Source: Selaginella moellendorffii (Eukaryota > Plantae > Lycopodiophyta). From it: 64,000 nucleotides of DNA. The DNA lies in the NCBI RefSeq assembly GCF_000143415.4, contig NW_003314287.1:270203-334202 (forward strand), given 5' to 3'. A program made the translations under genes and the position numbers. Under the pieces are notes generated by a model that saw nothing but the letters and a program-made list of their open reading frames with translations, was not told where the DNA came from and ran no database searches. How positions within the stretch are numbered: position 1 is the first letter of the stretch; each line of letters begins with the position of its first letter. Below are positions 15,545 through 27,706 of the stretch, one piece after another.

Positions 15545-16320
15545 ATGTTAAAATGTTCCATAGCTATGAAGGTGATGCGGTTGCCAAGTTTTGCTTGGCA
15601 AACATGCTCACTACCCTAGCCAAGAGTATTGTGGAAGGAGGCAAGAGTGCGAGAGAAGCTTTGGAGGAAGTGTTTATAGACATGGACGAGCGCTTGCTAG
15701 CTGCTGGGACTGATTGTGGCCTAGCGAAGACCAAGATGGGGTTTGAGGAAGAGATTGATTGCGACGATGGCAAGGAGGAGGAGGAGGAGGAGAAAGAGGT
15801 TGGATCGGGCAGCACAGCGGTGGTGGCGCTCGTCTAGGCGCAGCAGAGGTCTCTGGTGGTAGCAAGCGTGGGGGACTCTCGTGTGATCTTGTCTGAAAAG
15901 GGGAGGGCAGTGGAGCTGGCTCGAGCTCATGAGCCCAAGGACCCCAAGGAGAGGTCCCGGATAGAGGCAGCAGGCGGGAAGATAATGCCCAATGGATCGC
16001 TTAGGGATGTGCTAGAATGGTGCACGCTTGCAATGTCACAATCCATTGGCAAGCTCAAGGGCGATTCCAGGCTTGCTGCAGACAAGCAGATCGTGATTGC
16101 TGTTCTGGAGGTTGTAGAGATGAGCTCACAAGCGACGACGATTTTCTAGTGTTGAGCTCGGATGGAATCTGGATGGAGGTGATTGTTGACTTTGTAGCGA
16201 GCCAGGTGAGAAAGGAAGTTGAATTGGAGGAAATATGCAAGGTTTGATCCAAAAGGTGGATGCCAACGACAACATGTCCATTGTCATCCTCAACCTTGCA
16301 AAAAGTGCTTACTAAGACAA
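15545..16320 (+). pseudogene. Protein phosphatase 2C pseudogene (intronless)
   Basis: AVAKFC, GSGSTAVVALV*, VASVGDSRVILS, ERSRIEAAGG, DDFLVLSSDGIW and DNMSIVIL. Stop at 15835-15837 and a frameshift near 16120. Confidence 0.85.
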
Positions 16321-16568
16321 CCATCTGCTAAGGTCATTTGATAGATTGATTGAAATTGGTGATTTTTTCAAACATTGTAACTTTTATGGTGATAAAAACC
16401 TTAAATTTTGCATGTGCATAATGATTTTCCGGTTTAGGAAAAACAATGCTCAAGAAGTTAATTCCAGCAAAAAAATAATATTGCTCTTGTAAGTTAGATT
16501 TTGTCAAAAAGTATCCTTTGTTCTTTTGACCCTTCAGTGATTTCCGGAAGAACCCTAATAAACACCCA

Positions 16569-17000
16569 TCACTGCTGGAGCTGCTGCTCGTATTGGGGCG
16601 GCTGCGTCGTCGGCGGAGCCGCTTGGGCGGCGCTGCCAGCCACGGCAGAATCCGCATAGTACTCCTGCCGCTTCACATTGACCCCAAATTCCCTCAGCGC
16701 CGCGGCCAGATCGTCGCTGGTGAGCACAATCCGCCCGCCGTGCTTGGGATCCTTGGCGCTACCGCCCGAGGAGGGGGCCGCGGCGGCCGATTTGCTGCGG
16801 ACCTTGCTGTGCTGGAGCGCGTCCGACGCTACCTCGGACACGAATTTCTGCGTCGCCACAGCCACCAGGCGCGTGAGGCGCGAGTCGTGCGCCTGGAATC
16901 CCCCCGCGGCCAAGTAGTACTCCACCAGCTCCTCCGGAATCGCGGGAATGTAGTCGTCCAGCGTCGCCAGGAAATCCACTAGCATCGCATCGTCCGCCAT
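16569..17000 (-). CDS. TAF10: TFIID subunit 10 (TAF10), intronless
   Basis: LVDFLATLDDYIPAIPEELVEYYL...DSRLTRLVAVATQKFVSEVASDALQ...RIVLTSDDLAAALREFGVNVKRQEYYAD is the TAF10 histone-fold signature. Confidence 0.93.
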   Translation of the reverse strand: MADDAMLVDFLATLDDYIPAIPEELVEYYLAAGGFQAHDSRLTRLVAVATQKFVSEVASDALQHSKVRSKSAAAAPSSGGSAKDPKHGGRIVLTSDDLAAALREFGVNVKRQEYYADSAVAGSAAQAAPPTTQPPQYEQQLQQ

Positions 17001-17202
17001 GGAAAACACTAAACCCCCTCCGCTCGAGCAAAATAAAATGTTTGGGTAATATTCCCCGCCATCTTGAAGTATATTCTGTCAACTCTTGCTGCAAGTATAT
17101 TCTGTTAGAGTTTTGAAAGAACAGGATATTCTACGACAAATGCTATGAAAAGGGATATTCCGTCTGCTTTAACTCTTAAAAAATAGTATGGAAAAATATA
17201 CT

Positions 17203-20200
17203 TCATCGAGCGAATGAAGCCCTTAGTTGTGGCGTTTTGCTGGAGTTTTCCACCATTTCCAGCTCCACCTCTCCGTTTTCTCGCATTGCGTATTTCCAAG
17301 CCCACGATCGTGAGCTCTCTGGCAATCGCTCTAGTGTACAAGAAAATCCTGTAGAAGGAACTTCTAGAGTTTAGAGCTCTCGTATCTCAAAACTTTGGAG
17401 AGTTTTTACCTGTTGGTCCTGATCGTCTTACTCGCATCTTGTGTCCGTCTGGTACTTCAAAGACGTGGGAGCCCTGCAGCATTACAAGGTTCGTTCGTTT
17501 CTCGCTAAGAAAAAGATGAGGCTTGCCTTTATAACAACGTCCGAGGCATCGAACTCCGAGCAGCCTTTGAGGATGATCTTAAGAGACTCGTGGCGGCTCA
17601 CTTTGTTCTGCCAGTACACGTTGGTGGAGCACTTCCAGTCGATTCCTTGGTTGGAAACTTGGACATTGTGGAAGCGACACCTCCCCAACCTGAAAAGCTT
17701 GCCTCAGTGATTGTTTGACGTGACCGAGGAAAGCTTTTACCCCTCGCCGTAGTGAAGTATGCCATCCTTTACGGTTCCCATGATATTTTCCGCCTCTACC
17801 ACCAAGCTACCACTTACCTGCAAGTAACAAAAGTTAAGTTATTCTTTGAAGTGTAAATTTGACAATGCTTACATCGACATTGGTCCATGAAAGTTCTGAG
17901 ATTTCTAACTGCACCTCTGATCCTTTTCGGATGGACCCGCCATAAATCTGCGAGACAAGTCTTTTTAGTTTAGCCTCTGAGAGAGACAACAAGAAAGCAA
18001 GCAGTGTTACCTTTTGACGAAAGATGTTCCACAATGGGCCGATAGCTGGATGTAGAAGAGCAATGAATGGAGGGCCTGTGTCAATGTAGCATTGATTTGA
18101 TTCCATCTGCATGTTCACAAGCGTGTTGAGAAGAACAGAAAGTCCTGTTTGTCTCACCTCGTCTATCGCCACTCCACAAGACGTCAGAAGGTCAAACGCA
18201 TTCCTCATAATATCAAGAAATGACCCGTCTGGTGTCTGTCGAGGAAAGAAGCATGATAACACTTCTTTAAGAAATACGAGTGTACCTGGTGGAGTGTTTG
18301 ATCGTCGAGTTTCCTGCGCCTCTTTGCCGAAGATGTTACCTTTCTTCGTTGATTGTAAATAATAAAGGTGTCGAGATTATCTGATTAAAAGCAATGTAAA
18401 ATCTTCAAATTAGACGTCGGATTGTTTCTACCGTGATCAATGGACGTCAATTGATGCTGATAATGGTTTTGGAGTGAGTCCGCAATGTTTTGCATTGTGC
18501 ACTCGATTCTTCCTGCACGAATACTGTTCAAGAGAACTCTTAATAAACGTAGAGAGAAACCTCAACTCAAACCTTTGATCTACACCGTAGCTGTCCGTAA
18601 ACGTAACAGGCTTCTTCAAGTTCATTATCATCCCAGGCAAAGAAGCACAGTCATTGCGTGATGCCACCTCTTCAACTGACTCAAGGTCCACGAAAAGAAC
18701 ATTTGTGTTTGCAGGAAACCTGGCTTGCATGCTGTAAAAGAAAGGCAAGTTAAAACCGATGCTGAGCAAAATCATACATATTTCTTGCCTGCCAGTTGAA
18801 ACTGGGACATCTGCAATACCAAGCCTACTAAACTCGGTGTATTCGATGCATGTTGTGCCATATCTCCAGCGGCCATCTTCCGTTTTGCTCTCCATCAGCA
18901 CGTTGACACCTTCGGCGGCACCAACTTTGCGGTCACAAGACGCAAAACCAAATTTCTGTTGACAAGCTTGCTTAACCTCCATATCGAAAACGAAAACGTA
19001 AAAGTACCTTGTTTTGATGCAAACCAACACCTGCCAAAGCTAGAAGAGTAACATCAGTAGCTGCAACTGGATTGCTGCACGGAATATATGGTCAAAATCT
19101 AAAAGAAACGCAAGATAGATACCTTATTTGACGTACCACAGCAGCTTTCCGGTTTTTGTCATAAAACCATTTGAATAATTCTGAATCTTTAGCCAACTTC
19201 CAAATGACTCCATGGCCGCCTGGCTTTAGCATCGGATCCAACGGACCTCTCACGACCCATTGGACGTTTTCTGCAGCTATTGTGGGCACCAAAGGCTGAA
19301 ATTTGTGTAATGTGAATCTCTAGCACTAGACAAGAAGATTTCTCACCTGTTCAAAGAGCTGAAAATTATCTCTTCCTCTGCCAAACCATCTGTGACTTTC
19401 GAGTAAGTCTTTTACTCTCTCGTTATTCCGTTTTGCTGCACTCGTCATGATTGCCACCGGAGTGATCACCTGTGAGCCATATAGCTTAAAGTGGAAGAAT
19501 TCTCGAGCCTGTAGGAACAGGAAGTGAATTAGCTCCACATCAATTCAAGGTAGGCTAGAACCTGTAAGTCGCGTATGAGGCCTTCCAACAAAGTCCGACC
19601 ACAATATGGCAGCATTGCCACAGGAAGGCTTTCACCAGTCACGTCGTCGACAAGTCCCAAGCGGTCACCAGCTCCACCTAGAGGATAAATTTCTCCAATT
19701 TCTGCCAAGCGCTGCAGCATAATATGGCTAAGCCAAAACCTTCAGAAAGAAAAACAAGCGCTTACTTTCACGCCCCAGCCAGCTGCTTGAGTTGCAAAAT
19801 CAGTGTCTTTTGAAAGATCTTTTCCTTCTGGGACGTGATAAAATGACTGTTGAGCACTGCGTGTCGCCGAAAATCCAATCTCCCCAGTTTCGGACGAGCG
19901 TATCAGCTCCATCCCGGCCAACTGGTACCTAGACAGCAAAGTCACAGTTAGCCAAGACAATCTTACGAGTTTCACCGTGACTTACCCAACAATGCCGCCT
20001 ATACAATCGTAAAACCGCTCCAGAGAATCCAACACTCTCACAAAGCTCTTGAGCTTCGGCAAAACCTCGCGCTCATCCGGCTCTCCACGCCGGCGTTTTC
20101 TCTGCAACTCTGCCGTGACGTCCAAACTCAATGGCCACTGTATCAACTCTGAGGAAGGCTTCGCATCTTCAAAGGACTCTATAAGCTGTGTCATAAGCTG

Positions 20201-20815
20201 GAGCGTTCCCATCAATACACTCTTCTCCGATCCATTCACGAAGCTCATACCACCAAGGCCATTGCAACCATTGAGAATTTTCCTGTGATCGTCGGCGACA
20301 CCACCACCCTCGTCTTCCAAACCAAGGATATGTCCCTGCCCGATCGCCACAAGGCACTTGAGCAAGTAGAGCTCATAGTCCCCAAGCTTTCTCATCGCCA
20401 CAGCCACCACCTCATTGCAAAGAGAGCCCTGTTGGAACGAGAACACTGCCTGGACGCGAGGAAGGCTCCCGACGAGAAGACATCTCTCCCTCAAGCTCTT
20501 ACACGCCTTTAGCCTCGCCTTTAAATCCGTTAGCCTCTCCAGCTCCTCCTCCAGCCTCCAATTCTTGCGCGACAGTGAAGAAGAACCCTTGCCGCCGTTA
20601 CACACGGCGTTCTTCTCCGAGATCGGCGAGAGCGTCCGGCATTTGGACACCAGCTTCCTGTGCGAGCGGAAATTTCTTGATCGCGATCCATCCCTGTCCA
20701 GAATCACACTCTCCGGCCGCGGCCGCAGCAAGAGAGAGGTCTCCAGCGATCCACAGAGCTCCGTGACGACCGCATTGCCGTGGAACGACCGCTTGGCCGA
20801 TGTGAGAGCTTCCAT
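17203..20815 (-). CDS. UGP3: Chloroplast UDP-glucose pyrophosphorylase 3 (sulfolipid synthesis), multi-exon
   Basis: FYDCIGGIVGYQ, IYPLGGAGDRLGLVD, LPYCGRTLLEGLIRDLQARE, TPVAIMTSAAK, KPGGHGVIWKLA and FPANTNVLFVDL, with a transit-peptide-like N-terminus. The last exon ends SWAWKY...RASFAR* at 17203. Confidence 0.9.
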
Positions 20816-23062
20816 ACGGCCGCTGGAGAAGAATCAAGGTTTCAGTACCTGGAATTCTCTACAGACAATCTCATCCTCGAATGAACTGGCGATAGACCCG
20901 AGACCTACACCTGGAGAGGGGACTAAACCCTAGGTTACGCTAACCTTGTTCGTTAGGGGATTCGTATATACCAGACATCCATCCTCGCATATACCTTATC
21001 CGGATAAGCGCGCCTATTAAGATGCAAACCCTTTATAAAGAAGAATGAATGTTTAGTTCTAAATAAATATTTAGATGTAAGAAATCAACTTCTATATAGA
21101 ATCAACCAAGTTGGCAAAAAATTAATTTATAATTATATTCTATTTTGTGTATTTTTAAGATTTTAATATTTTATGAGTGAGAATTTTAAAAAAATTTTGG
21201 AGATTAATAACGCTTAAGAAACTTTTCATTTCTTGAAAACTTGTTCAATTTGTAACTCTTTTCTATCAAATAATAATAATATATATTTACAAACTGGTGA
21301 AGTATCATAGTCATAATATACCTAATTGTTTGCTATTTTAAAAGATATTATTTTTAAAATATAAAAATTATTATCAATATTTTTAATGATAATTAAAATT
21401 AAAAATAACATAATTTTTGCTTAATTTTAATTTATTATTTTAATATATATTTATTTAAATATATTAATTATAATGTGTTTTTACATTTTAACATCTTTAA
21501 TATTTTATATATATATTTTATCAATCTTATAAGTATAAAATGTAATATTAATAAAATATTAATTATCTTCTATGTTATAGTATAGAAGATTTGTAAATAC
21601 ATATATGTATATACATATGTTACCTGGCTAGGTAATAGACTAATTATAGTACTATAACATATAGACTAGGAATTAAATCTGGTCCATCCATTTTTGTATA
21701 TAAACAGATCTAAACTTCAATTAATATACCTATTTTTTACATTCATGAAGGAGAGAAGCATTGCAATTTATACATAAAAGACAAAGCTTTTTAGCAATGC
21801 TTTGCTCTAGTGGTTAGGATTGTGTTTTTTGTTCTTATTTCTTCATTCTCTTTTAGATCTAGATATATTAACTCTTTGCTAGAATTCTAATTATCATTGT
21901 ACTTAGATCTACTCTTTCTTCCATGCCATCATCAATCAAGAAGTATATAACTTGAAGCTACTAATGTTACTTTATCAGATTGAACTTTTGTGGGGTGTGA
22001 TTATATTGATGTCACACCCATCTTTTGTGTGTTGCCATTTCCAATTTCCATGGGACGTGATTACACAGTTTGTCTTCTTCTTAGTGTTTTGTCATCTTTT
22101 TGATATGGAATGTAATCATGACATCGATTGACGAGCTATGAATAATGTAGTTTAATTTTTGGGAAATGTTTAAGGATCAAGTTTGTGGGATTAAAAGCTC
22201 AAATGGATTCCATATCATTTTGACATTATCGAGTCCTCATAGTAATTTAGATGTTAAATATGTGCATGAAGTTGAGAATTTTACTTTTGTTTTATTAGTT
22301 AAGTTTTTGATCAATTTTGGTGTTAAGTATTTCCCTGTTCCATGAGTTTGTCTTCTATAATTGTTTTTCCTTATCTTTTCTTATTTTTTCCTTTTTGCCT
22401 TGACATTTCTAAAAAAAATTCTTTAGAAGCAAGGGGTAGAAGGGATGGATTAGAGTCCAACCCCAACCATGGAGTGAGAGCAAGTTATAGTGCATATGGT
22501 TTTCACCTTCTATCCTATGATGGTTTATCATAAAATAACTAAAAAATATAACTTAAACCCTTTATGTGCCATATGCCACATGTCTAAGAACAGTAGAGTG
22601 AAACCTAAATTTTAAGGCTTTGGGCCACTAAATGAAAAAACAGAGCTAAATTCTTAAGCATGGAACTAAGGAGTGGAAGTATTAGAGTACAGAGCAACTC
22701 CTAAGTATACAACCCAAAGAGTAAAGGGACAAGAGCATTCCAAAACTCAATGAAATCTAACACCATAGACTAAATATAGCTAAATGATATTAACAGAGAT
22801 GGAAATGATATGCAAACATGGAAAAACCATATAAGTCAAATAATATAATCCTCTGTAACACTATTCGGTAAAGCAAGTTCATCATTGATAAATATTCATT
22901 GAGTGAAGCAAGTGTCAAAAATCCTCGATGAAGTTTACAAATAATCATTAATCACAAAACAACTAATAATCACTTTTTAACTTGCCTTTCACAAAACCCA
23001 AACACAAAACTCATATCATTGAGTCATATATTTATCCAACAAAAAGGTAACACCCTAGGTAC

Positions 23063-23208
23063 AAGATATAGGAATATGAATAAGCATAAACTAAGTGATT
23101 ACTCAAATTCAATTGTACAACAATTACTCCACCAAAAGATATAGGAATATGAATAAGCATAAACTAAGTGATTACTCAAATTCAATTGTACAACAATTAC
23201 TTCACCAA
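23063..23208. repeat. 73-bp tandem duplication (2 copies)
   Basis: AAGATATAGGAATATGAATAAGC...CAATTACT.CACCAA repeated at 23063 and 23136. Confidence 0.9.
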
Positions 23209-24841
23209 CATGTATACCCAATATCTTTGAGTATGCATTAAAGAGGTTAGCTATATATGATTAACACTCAATCGCAACTAAAGTGAAGACCATGACATAA
23301 ACTTATATTGGTATACAACCTCTTAATAAACAAAGCTATAGTACAAGTGCTAACATCTCAACCTCAAACAATTAAGTTGGATATCACCATCCTTAACTAC
23401 GGCACAAGGCAACTAAAACCAAATCAAAATCAGTGAGAGCTCACTACTCTCATAGAGTCTAATAAAATGAAAAATGCAATTTGCCACCAAATACAATGCT
23501 ATAAAGGAAAGGTACAAGGGTCACTTTTCTAAAAAAGTGCAATAGCCATTTTTCTACACCAACTTGAAACATTATTCAACTCAATTATCTTAGCCCCAAA
23601 AGTTAGCATCCCTTTTGGGTCGCATCATACAAACTATTTACTAATGTCTAAGCTAACTAAAATCAACTTTAACCTTTTCACTAGTTTATATTGGCTTATG
23701 AAAATAGAATGGTTTTTGAGCAAAATGATAAATAGATCAACCATTGAAAAAGTTTAAGAAAAATTGTGGAAAATTTTTCCATTTTAGAGAAAGAATAACT
23801 TTTAGTCTAGAAATATAAATTCTCATAACTCAACCAACTTCCTCCTACCAACAACTTTATATAGGTTCACCCTAACATAAATTTTCATGACCCAACAGTA
23901 TGTCTAATCATTGAACATCTTACCCATATTTTTTATATCTAATACTGACATCTGTAAAATGCAAATAAATACCCAAAACTTGATCATAAAGATTACATCT
24001 TCAGATATCCATATTGCATTAACACTCTTTTTCAATCACTCTCAAGATCTAATGTAAAACCAAAACATTAATAAAAAAAATTGACATGGAAAATCAAGTT
24101 CTAAAGAAAATTCCTTATCACTCAATATAACAATGCCACTTCCATTAGCACAAGTGCTAACAAAGTTAATGCTTTAACTACATACCTTTTCCATCCAACA
24201 ACCTACTTTATGTGCTAACAGATTTATCAACAAGCTATAGCAAATAAATGCCATAGCCTTTTCCATCACTAAATTCCCAAGGAACCAAGGTATCAACTCA
24301 AACTTAATATAATAAATCATTATTGAGAATTAAGTCAAAACTACTTCAATGTTATTACTTGCAAGTAGATTAGTTTTACTATCAACCACTTTGGGGTTAA
24401 TTATTATTTAATTAAGCAACTTCGTAAACACATTACTCACAATCATATGGATATGATATAGAAATCATAATAACTTAATCATCAATCGAGCAACACCATG
24501 AGCAATACCCATGTCACTACTACAAGGTTTATATGAGTATCAAATGCTAACCCAATTTAACAAAATACAACATAAATGTCATACCCCACCAATATAGATT
24601 TATAACATCCAATATTACTAAATTTGTTTATAACATAGATAGGCTCATACCACACTTTTTCCGACTAAACTCAAAACTAATTTAACATCAAGTTATTCAA
24701 GGAACAATAGCAAAGTTCCCTAGAAAAGCATTGAGCATTGTAACTAGAGTTATCAATAAGAAGCCTAGACAAAATGGTTTAGTGCTTCATTGTTATCCAT
24801 TCCATAATTCACCACTTGTAAAACCATTATAACCAACATGC

Positions 24842-25038
24842 TGTAAACACTCATGAGTTTGGACTTCCCGGGAGGTCACCCAGCCCAGTACTATTCAAAC
24901 CCAAGAACGTTTAACCCCAAATATCCCAAGACCCTTAACCGATTGGAAAAGGGGGTGCACTCTTGTTCATGGGCCCTTTCCCTCTATATTTGAACCCCTA
25001 TGGATCGTCTCTCAAGTCGTTCTCTTTGGTTGCTTACA
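24842..25038 (-). repeat. 3' LTR (197 bp) with 5S rRNA-derived domain at ~24861-24916
   Basis: Minus strand GTTAAACGTTCTTGGGTTTGAATAGTACTGGGCTGGGTGACCTCCCGGGAAGTCC aligns to the 3' half of plant 5S rRNA (A-box, IE, C-box). Confidence 0.92.
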
Positions 25039-25244
25039 ATCCACCACGCTTCCCTGCAAGTTCACGCCCTCGTGAACGGAAGCTGAGAGCCGCAGCTCTC
25101 CCGAGAGCCCCGCTCTCTTGACACCCTACCCCTCGGGTCGAGCCCAGTGGGAGCAAACTGGACCAGCCAGATGTCAATCAACATATGGTGTGATTCCCTT
25201 AGCCAACCAACAGAGTCGGACCTGAGACCGCTCCGATACCAAAT

Positions 25245-26832
25245 TGTAAGCCACAAATTTTTCTTTTCCAATTTGCCAGCTTACCTCGTCTATCCGACCA
25301 ACTCTGCCTTGGCTTGTGCTAAGTTCCCTCGCCAAGGTTCTAGCCTATGGTACCAGCTCCTACTTGGTCCTACTTGGTTTCAGCTACTCACTGCACGAGC
25401 AACGGAGTGTTAGCCATCCATCTACGGATTCCCAAATCTCTCCCAATCCCCCTCCCCGGGTTAGACTAGACTTAAGGTTTGGCTACACTCCCCGCAGGCA
25501 CAAGCAGCCAAGCACACCAAGCCTCCAGATTCCTAACACCTCTTGGTACCACAAGACTTGATCATGGAACCCTCTAAATCCCAAGCCTTGGGTGCAGCAC
25601 TTGCTTCGGGACCTCGGGGCGAAACACCGTGGCCTAACGGCTCGGTATGGGTACCTCTACCCCCGCACTTCCATCCCGAAGGGAAGGCCCAAGCCCCCGG
25701 AAGGGCGAGGACCAATGAGCCACAAGGTACTCAAGTGGGGCACCACTCCACCTGAGCCGGGAGCACCGCAGTCGGTTTCCCTTTCGGGAGTGGGAGCTGC
25801 TCTTGAGCACTTCCTTGGATGGCCCCTCTGGCACCAGCCAAGTCCATGCTCACTCCCACCCAAGGCCCCTCGGTCCCAGTCTCAACCTCAAGTCGGTTTG
25901 GAAGCCCAACTAGAGAGTCCCTTCAAAACTAGTTCCTAGACCTCACTATCCCTACTATACTTTTGGAAGCCCTTGCAGCCCCCCCCCCCCCCCGGGAGAC
26001 GCACGCTTTGGGCTTTCACCCCTTGACCCGTATTAGTATTTGGACTTAGTCTCTGGCTCGATCTCGGACCCGATTTCGGATCCGACTTCGGATTTGGTCT
26101 CGGACTCGATTTCGGACTCGATCTCGGACCCGATCTCGGACCCGACCTCGGACTCGACCTCGGACTCGGTCTCGGACCCGATTTCGGATCTCGGACTCCG
26201 TCTCGAACTCGGTCTCGAACTCGGACTCAAACTCGGTCCCCGAGTCGGTCTCGGACTCGATTCCGGACTCTATCTCGAACTCGGTCCTAGAGTCGGTCTT
26301 GGACTCGATCCTCGACTTGGTCCCATCCGATGAACTCTTTGTCATTTCGGTCAAGCTTTTGGGGATCCTTTAGCCTACGACATCTCGAGGAGTCGGTTCC
26401 TTACAACTCCACCACCCATAGAAGAAGTTTGATGCCCACATCGAACGTCTCGTTTTATCCTACGACTTGTTGACCATGTCTCCGGGGGCATCCCCCCACT
26501 TAGCGGTGTGCCTAAGTTAGCCTCCCCGGCCAAGAGCCCATGACAACGGAATATAGGTGTCCCTATACTCCTCACCTCACCACGCCCTAGTATGGGGTCG
26601 GGACTTGAACCCAGCCTTGCTTTACTAGGGGGTTGGGACTCGAACCCAACCTCCATAGAATACGTCTACGGATTCGACATCCCCGCGGGGAGTCGGGCGT
26701 AATGCCCTACGCCTGGTCGACCTATCCAACCCATGCTAATTAGCTTACCTTTGGCGCGCCTTCGGGTCCCAACATATGCCACTTGCTCAACTTTGCAAAT
26801 TGATATTTTTAATTGAATTTTGCATAAGTACA
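25245..26832 (-). repeat. Internal long LTR (~1588 bp) of the chromovirus moiety, with a hexamer array at ~26040-26330
   Basis: TGTA...TACA termini. It directly follows the chromodomain and is directly followed by a PBS. Shares motif order with the solo LTR at 11213-13020. No clear PPT at its 5' side. Confidence 0.65.
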
Positions 26833-27190
26833 TAGAGTTCTGCCTTGCAGAAATTCCTCCACTAGATCTCGCGCGTTCACTAGGTTCTCCTCCGGTTCCC
26901 ATGTTGCTTCGCAGTGTGGAAATCCTTTCCACTTCACATGGAACTCTCTCACCTCGCGTCCTTGTCGCTTGCTCTTGCGTGCATTGAGGATGGCCTCGAC
27001 TTCGTATTCCTCTTCCCCTTGGATAACCTCAGGTAAAGGTCTCACTTGGTCCTTGCGAAGCGGATCCTCAAAGTACGGCTTGAGTAAATTCACGTGGAAC
27101 ACTGGGTGCATCTTCCCCATCTCTCGAGGAAGTCGGAGTCGGTAAGCCACTTTACCGATTCGTGCCTCAATCTCGTAAGGCCCTGCGAAC

Positions 27191-27242
27191 CTGCTTAAGG
27201 AACTCAAGATCAATTCATTTACAGGAATACATGCATCTTTAC
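27191..27242 (-). other. Putative spliceosomal intron 2 in integrase (52 nt)
   Basis: CAA AG|GTAAAG...TTAAGCAG|G TTC GCA GGG CCT TAC. Removal restores KLTQRFAGPY (GPY/F motif). Confidence 0.8.
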
Positions 27243-27660
27243 CTTTGGGTCAACTTTCGGCTGATCCCACTTGCTAGTCTGAGGTTCTTGGTGTTCAGCC
27301 ACACCTTCTCCCCAGCTTGGAACTCTACATCCCGACGCTTCTGGTTCGCGTATTTGGTTTGCCTTTGTTGAGCCCGTTCCAAGGAATCCCTCACTAGATT
27401 CCAAATGCTAAGTCTTTCCGCCGTGAATGCCTCCACTGCGGGCAACTCTCCATGATACTCGGCCACGCCGAGTTCCACAGGACCTTCAATAGCTCGCCCA
27501 TTGATGACTTCCCATGGACTCACCCCGATACTCGAATGTGGTGAGTTGTTATAACACATTTCCGCAAGTCCCAAATGACTTACCCAATCGGTCTGGTCTC
27601 CCGAGACATAGCATCGCAAATAATCCTCCAGCTGCCTATTCACCCTTTCCGTTTGTCCGT

Positions 27661-27706
27661 CTGTCAAGAAGTGTTAGTGCCAACAACTTGACTCAATACC
27701 CCATAC
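27661..27706 (-). other. Putative spliceosomal intron 1 in integrase (46 nt)
   Basis: CAG ACA G|GTATGG...CACTAAC...TGACAG|AC GGA CAA, with a CTAAC branch point. Removal restores YHPQTDGQTERVN. Confidence 0.8.

Noticed and set aside
24861-24916. 5S rRNA gene
   Set aside because: Only the 3' half of 5S, embedded in an LTR; not a complete rRNA gene.
26596-26651. tRNA gene
   Set aside because: Only T-arm-like hairpins; no D-arm, anticodon arm or cloverleaf recognisable.
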